Shown: piece after piece, positions 44,735-46,864 of the stretch | How the letters are laid out: each line of letters opens with the position of its first letter | Numbering within the stretch: position 1 is the first letter of the stretch | From: Chloroflexota bacterium | GTDB lineage: Bacteria; Chloroflexota; Anaerolineae; Anaerolineales; Villigracilaceae | Assembly: GCA_016208355.1 (NCBI GenBank) | Contig: JACQYE010000086.1 | Location: 1-46,864 of the forward strand | Reading direction: 5' to 3' | DNA: 46,864 nucleotides | Translations under genes and position numbers: made by a program | The notes under the pieces: model-generated | What the model was told of the DNA's origin: nothing | Databases searched by the model: none | Seen by the model: the letters and a program-made list of their open reading frames with translations, nothing else

Positions 44735-46384
44735 ATGAGTAAACAGAATAAAGAAACCCTGCGCATCCTGCCCCTCGGCGGCCTCGGCGAGGTGGGCAAG
44801 AACATGATGGCCTACGAGTACGACGGGCACATCCTGGTGGTGGACGCCGGGCTGATGTTCCCCGACAACGATATGCTCGGCGTGGACTACATCATCCCGG
44901 ATTTCGAATACCTGCGCCAGAACGCGAAACGCGTGGATGGCATCATCATCACCCACGGCCACGAAGACCACATTGGCGCCATCCAACACCTGCTGGCCGC
45001 CGTCCCGGCCCCGGTGTACGCCACGCCCCTGACCCGCGGCCTGGTGGAGGTCAAACTGGCGCGCAACGGCCTCGCGAACCGCGCCACCCTCATCAAAATC
45101 CAGGCCGGAGAGACGGTCCAGATCGGGCCGTTCCAGGTGGAGACCTTCCACGTCTGCCACTCCATCCCGGACGCCATCGGCCTGGGCATCACCACGCCTG
45201 CCGGACTCATCGTGCATACAGGCGACTATAAGTTCGACCAAACCCCGGTGGATAACTGGCCGACCGACTTTGCCAAACTGGCTGAATTCTCCGGCCGCGG
45301 TGTGACCGTTCTCCTGGCCGACTCGACCAATTCCGAGCGCCCGGGCTGGACGCAGTCCGAACGCGTCATCGGCCCGGCATTCGACGAAGTCTTCCGCACC
45401 GCGCCGGGACGCATCATCATCGCCACTTTTGCCTCGCTCATCGCCCGTATGCAGCAGGTAGCCGACGCGGCCGTCCGCCACGGCAGGAAGATGGCCTTTG
45501 TGGGCATGAGCATGGTGGATAACGCCAAGATCGCCCGCAACATGGGCTACCTCGAAGTGCCGGATAATACACTCGTAAGCATAGACGAAGCTCTTCACCT
45601 GAAGGATAAGGAAGTGGTCTTGATGTGCACCGGCTCGCAGGGCGAACCTTCGTCCATCATCGGGCGGCTTTCCGCCGGGACCAACCGCCAGTTCGACGTG
45701 GAACCTGGCGATACGATCGTCCTCTCCTCCCACCCCATTCCCGGCAACGAGGAAGCCATCAACAAGACCATCAACCGGCTCATCCGCCGCGGCGCGGAGG
45801 TGGTCTATGAGGCCGTCCTGCCGGTGCACGTTTCAGGTCACGCCAGTTCCGAGGAGCAGAAACTCCTGCTTAATCTGGTGCGGCCCAAGTTCTTCGTTCC
45901 CATCCACGGCGAACTGCACCAGCTGAAGCGTCACGCCGTACTGGCGCGCCAGGTAGGCATCGCCGACGAGAATATCGTCGTGGTGGAAAACGGGCAGGTG
46001 ATCGAACTGTCGGATGATAAATTAAGTCTCGGCGAACGCATGCCGGGAGGATATATCTTCGTCGAGGGTGAGTCGGTTGGCGAGATTGACCTGGACGTGA
46101 TGCGCGAACGGGAGCAGCTGGCGCGTTCGGGTATTGTGCTCATCACTGTCACGGTGGACAAATACTCGAACCGCCTGTTGAAAGACCCCGAAGTCCTGAC
46201 GCGCGGCTTCATCTCCCCCGACGACGCCGATGGGCTGATCGCCGCCGTTCAAAAGAAGGTCAATGACCTGGTCAACGGCGGCGGGCTGGACGACGAGAAA
46301 CTTATCTCGGATGCGGTGCGCAGTTTGCTCTACAACGAGACGCGCCGCAGGCCGATGGTATTTGTGGCGATAACGAAGACGTAA
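44735..46384 (+). CDS. rnj: ribonuclease J
   Basis: LRILPLGGLGEVGKNMMAYEYDGHILVVDAG, ITHGHEDHIGA, beta-CASP and C-terminal domains. 549 aa. Confidence 0.95.
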   Translation: MSKQNKETLRILPLGGLGEVGKNMMAYEYDGHILVVDAGLMFPDNDMLGVDYIIPDFEYLRQNAKRVDGIIITHGHEDHIGAIQHLLAAVPAPVYATPLTRGLVEVKLARNGLANRATLIKIQAGETVQIGPFQVETFHVCHSIPDAIGLGITTPAGLIVHTGDYKFDQTPVDNWPTDFAKLAEFSGRGVTVLLADSTNSERPGWTQSERVIGPAFDEVFRTAPGRIIIATFASLIARMQQVADAAVRHGRKMAFVGMSMVDNAKIARNMGYLEVPDNTLVSIDEALHLKDKEVVLMCTGSQGEPSSIIGRLSAGTNRQFDVEPGDTIVLSSHPIPGNEEAINKTINRLIRRGAEVVYEAVLPVHVSGHASSEEQKLLLNLVRPKFFVPIHGELHQLKRHAVLARQVGIADENIVVVENGQVIELSDDKLSLGERMPGGYIFVEGESVGEIDLDVMREREQLARSGIVLITVTVDKYSNRLLKDPEVLTRGFISPDDADGLIAAVQKKVNDLVNGGGLDDEKLISDAVRSLLYNETRRRPMVFVAITKT

Positions 46385-46418
46385 GAAAAAATTGAGGCGG
46401 GTTCACCGCCTCAATTTG
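46385..46418. terminator. bidirectional rho-independent terminator (rnj / NUDIX convergent)
   Basis: AAAAAA ATTGAGGCGG gttca CCGCCTCAAT TTG. Confidence 0.75.
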
Positions 46419-46433
46419 ATGATGGCATCGAAT

Positions 46434-46862
46434 TTATTCTTTTAACCGGTCAATAAATATTCCCTGCACTCCCGCCAATCCGGGGGCATCGTCCAGGTCC
46501 ACCCAATAAAATTCAAAGGCCAGCGACCCGGAGCCGTCGCTGGCGTGTTCTTCGGTGTGCAGCCAGCGCTCAGGAGGGGTCTCGACACACACCAAATGAT
46601 AGAACCGCTGACGCTGGGTCTCGTCCATCCCAAAATCGGACATGTCGCGCGCCTGTTCGCCTACCAGCCCAGCCAGTTCCAACCCATCCCCTAGCCCGGT
46701 CTCTTCGCGGACCTGTCGGCGGAGCGCGGCCTCGAAAGATTCACCCGTTTCCTCTGTCCCGCCCTGGACCTGGAGGCCCGCCTCCGGGTAGTCCACATGC
46801 CGGAAGACCAGCAGGCGGCCTGCGTGGGTGATGTTCGCGTAGACTTTGCGCTTATAGGACAT
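46434..46862 (-). CDS. NUDIX hydrolase
   Basis: Nudix box GGTEETGESFEAALRRQVREETGL. The ATG lies at 46862, just inside the window. Confidence 0.85.
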   Translation of the reverse strand: MSYKRKVYANITHAGRLLVFRHVDYPEAGLQVQGGTEETGESFEAALRRQVREETGLGDGLELAGLVGEQARDMSDFGMDETQRQRFYHLVCVETPPERWLHTEEHASDGSGSLAFEFYWVDLDDAPGLAGVQGIFIDRLKE

Positions 46863-46864
46863 GT

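Noticed and set aside
44696-45829. 377-aa minus-strand ORF
   Set aside because: It lies antisense to rnj and is a typical GC-rich shadow ORF (Gly/Asp/His/Arg-rich).

Overview
46.9-kb GC-rich, densely coding bacterial chromosome segment with about 50 protein genes. I recognised no rRNA, tRNA, CRISPR array, transposase or integrase by eye. The protein styles (SpoIIM-type and 7TM-HTH membrane proteins, PPi-type PFK, EF-G2-type factor) suggest a Chloroflexota/Anaerolineae-like organism, but that is inference only.

Gene order, left to right:
- 3-prime end of an Xdh-family Mo subunit, then DUF1361, a PHP phosphoesterase, YqeB, a YqeC::MocA fusion and a second MocA. YqeB and YqeC are markers of selenium-dependent molybdenum hydroxylase maturation.
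- thpR and rsfS.
- ndk plus an EF-G paralogue.
- A decayed methyltransferase, a lipoprotein and a PPi-type phosphofructokinase.
- An FHA-wHTH regulator, a Hanks kinase and a polytopic membrane paralogue.
- rarD, a small membrane protein, a YfcH-type epimerase and an HNH nuclease.
- A roughly 12-kb co-directional minus-strand block: PNP, Ig-like membrane protein, GNAT, 7TM-GAF-HTH regulator, S1 protein, ftsK, CDP-alcohol phosphatidyltransferase, lgt, ABC ATPase, split permease/SpoIIM, MBL hydrolase.
- A multi-GAF HD-GYP protein.
- ltaE, rluD, lspA and alr.
- Two degV paralogues bracketing a csoR-copZ-copA-YHS-permease-HMA copper operon.
- Two esterases, a small DMT protein, an MFS remnant, rnj and a NUDIX hydrolase.

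Most of this is housekeeping. The items most worth a second look:
1. The FHA-wHTH / Ser-Thr kinase / paralogous TM-module trio (11.7-14.8 kb), a candidate kinase-to-DNA signalling system.
2. An ftsK that lacks about 49 residues of the motor core.
3. A diverged 51-bp in-frame tandem duplication plus a cysteine-less second HMA domain in copA.
4. The YqeC::MocA fusion within the Se-dependent Mo-hydroxylase cluster.
5. An EF-G paralogue with the catalytic His replaced, coupled to ndk.
6. A membrane-tethered 7TM-GAF-HTH regulator operon.
7. Several deletion scars (methyltransferase, MFS, split permease).

Start codons are often uncertain. All family assignments come from motif recognition by eye, not from searches.
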